A stretch of 64,000 nt of DNA, taken from the NCBI RefSeq assembly GCF_056746865.1, contig NZ_CM163382.1; one strand, 5' to 3'. Each line of letters starts with the position of its first letter. Position 1 is the stretch's first letter. Below, piece by piece: positions 63,645-64,000 of this stretch. The notes beneath the pieces were generated by a model. The model had not been told where the DNA came from, did not search any database, and saw only the letters and a list, made by a program, of their open reading frames with translations. The translations under genes and the position numbers were made by a program.

Positions 63645-64000
63645 ATGATGATAAGCAAAAAGTATACGCTTTGGGCTCTCAACCCACTGCTTCTTACCAT
63701 GATGGCGCCAGCAGTCGCTCAACAAACCGATGATGAAACGTTCGTGGTGTCTGCCAACCGCAGCAATCGCACCGTAGCGGAGATGGCACAAACCACCTGG
63801 GTTATCGAAAACGCCGAACTGGAACAGCAGATTCAGGGCGGCAAAGAGCTTAAGGACGCACTGGCTCAGCTGATCCCTGGCCTTGACGTCAGCAGCCGGA
63901 GCCGCACCAACTACGGTATGAATGTGCGTGGCCGCCCGCTGGTCGTGCTGGTTGACGGCGTGCGTCTCAACTCTTCACGTACCGACAGCCGACAACTGGA
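63645..64000 (+). CDS. iutA: Ferric aerobactin TonB-dependent receptor IutA (5' part only; continues past window end)
   Basis: MMISKKYTLWALNPLLLTMMAPAVAQQTDDETFVVSANRS… signal peptide plus TonB-box region; open to window end. Confidence 0.85.
   Translation, partial: MMISKKYTLWALNPLLLTMMAPAVAQQTDDETFVVSANRSNRTVAEMAQTTWVIENAELEQQIQGGKELKDALAQLIPGLDVSSRSRTNYGMNVRGRPLVVLVDGVRLNSSRTDSRQL

Overview
The window is an Escherichia coli-type chromosomal segment in K-12 gene order (proP, pmrR, basSR-eptA, adiC-adiY-adiA, melR-melAB, yjdF, fumB, dcuB, dcuRS, yjdIJ, ghoST, lysU, dtpC, cadBA, cadC) up to about 32.2 kb. There the native 3' flank of tRNA-Phe (pheU) and only the last 19 nt of the tRNA are followed by foreign DNA, so positions 32267-64000 are the distal part of a pheU-integrated genomic island whose integrase and intact tRNA lie beyond the window. 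The island is mosaic: a ParDE toxin-antitoxin pair at the terminus; a CP4-prophage-like conserved module (YfjP-type GTPase, WYL regulator, DUF932, antirestriction KlcA-like, RadC-like, DUF987, CbeA/CbtA, DUF5983, DUF957, DUF4942-like); a visibly AT-rich cargo locus with one 376-aa orphan gene and a repeat-bearing non-coding stretch; three tandem inovirus-Gp2/YagK-YfjJ-like genes around an alpA regulator; a defective IS1-family element; a YadA-type trimeric autotransporter adhesin; an intact IS186 with target duplication; an HTH regulator; decayed IS256-, IS481- and ISL3-family transposases; and a Fur-regulated aerobactin module (shiF, iucABCD, start of iutA). The best candidate for an undescribed function is the AT-rich orphan locus at 40.8-43.6 kb, with the Gp2-like/alpA cluster, an unassigned exported protein and the adhesin-regulator pair as secondary candidates. 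All calls rest on reading the translations and recalled family knowledge; no database search was run, and coordinates of starts are by eye.
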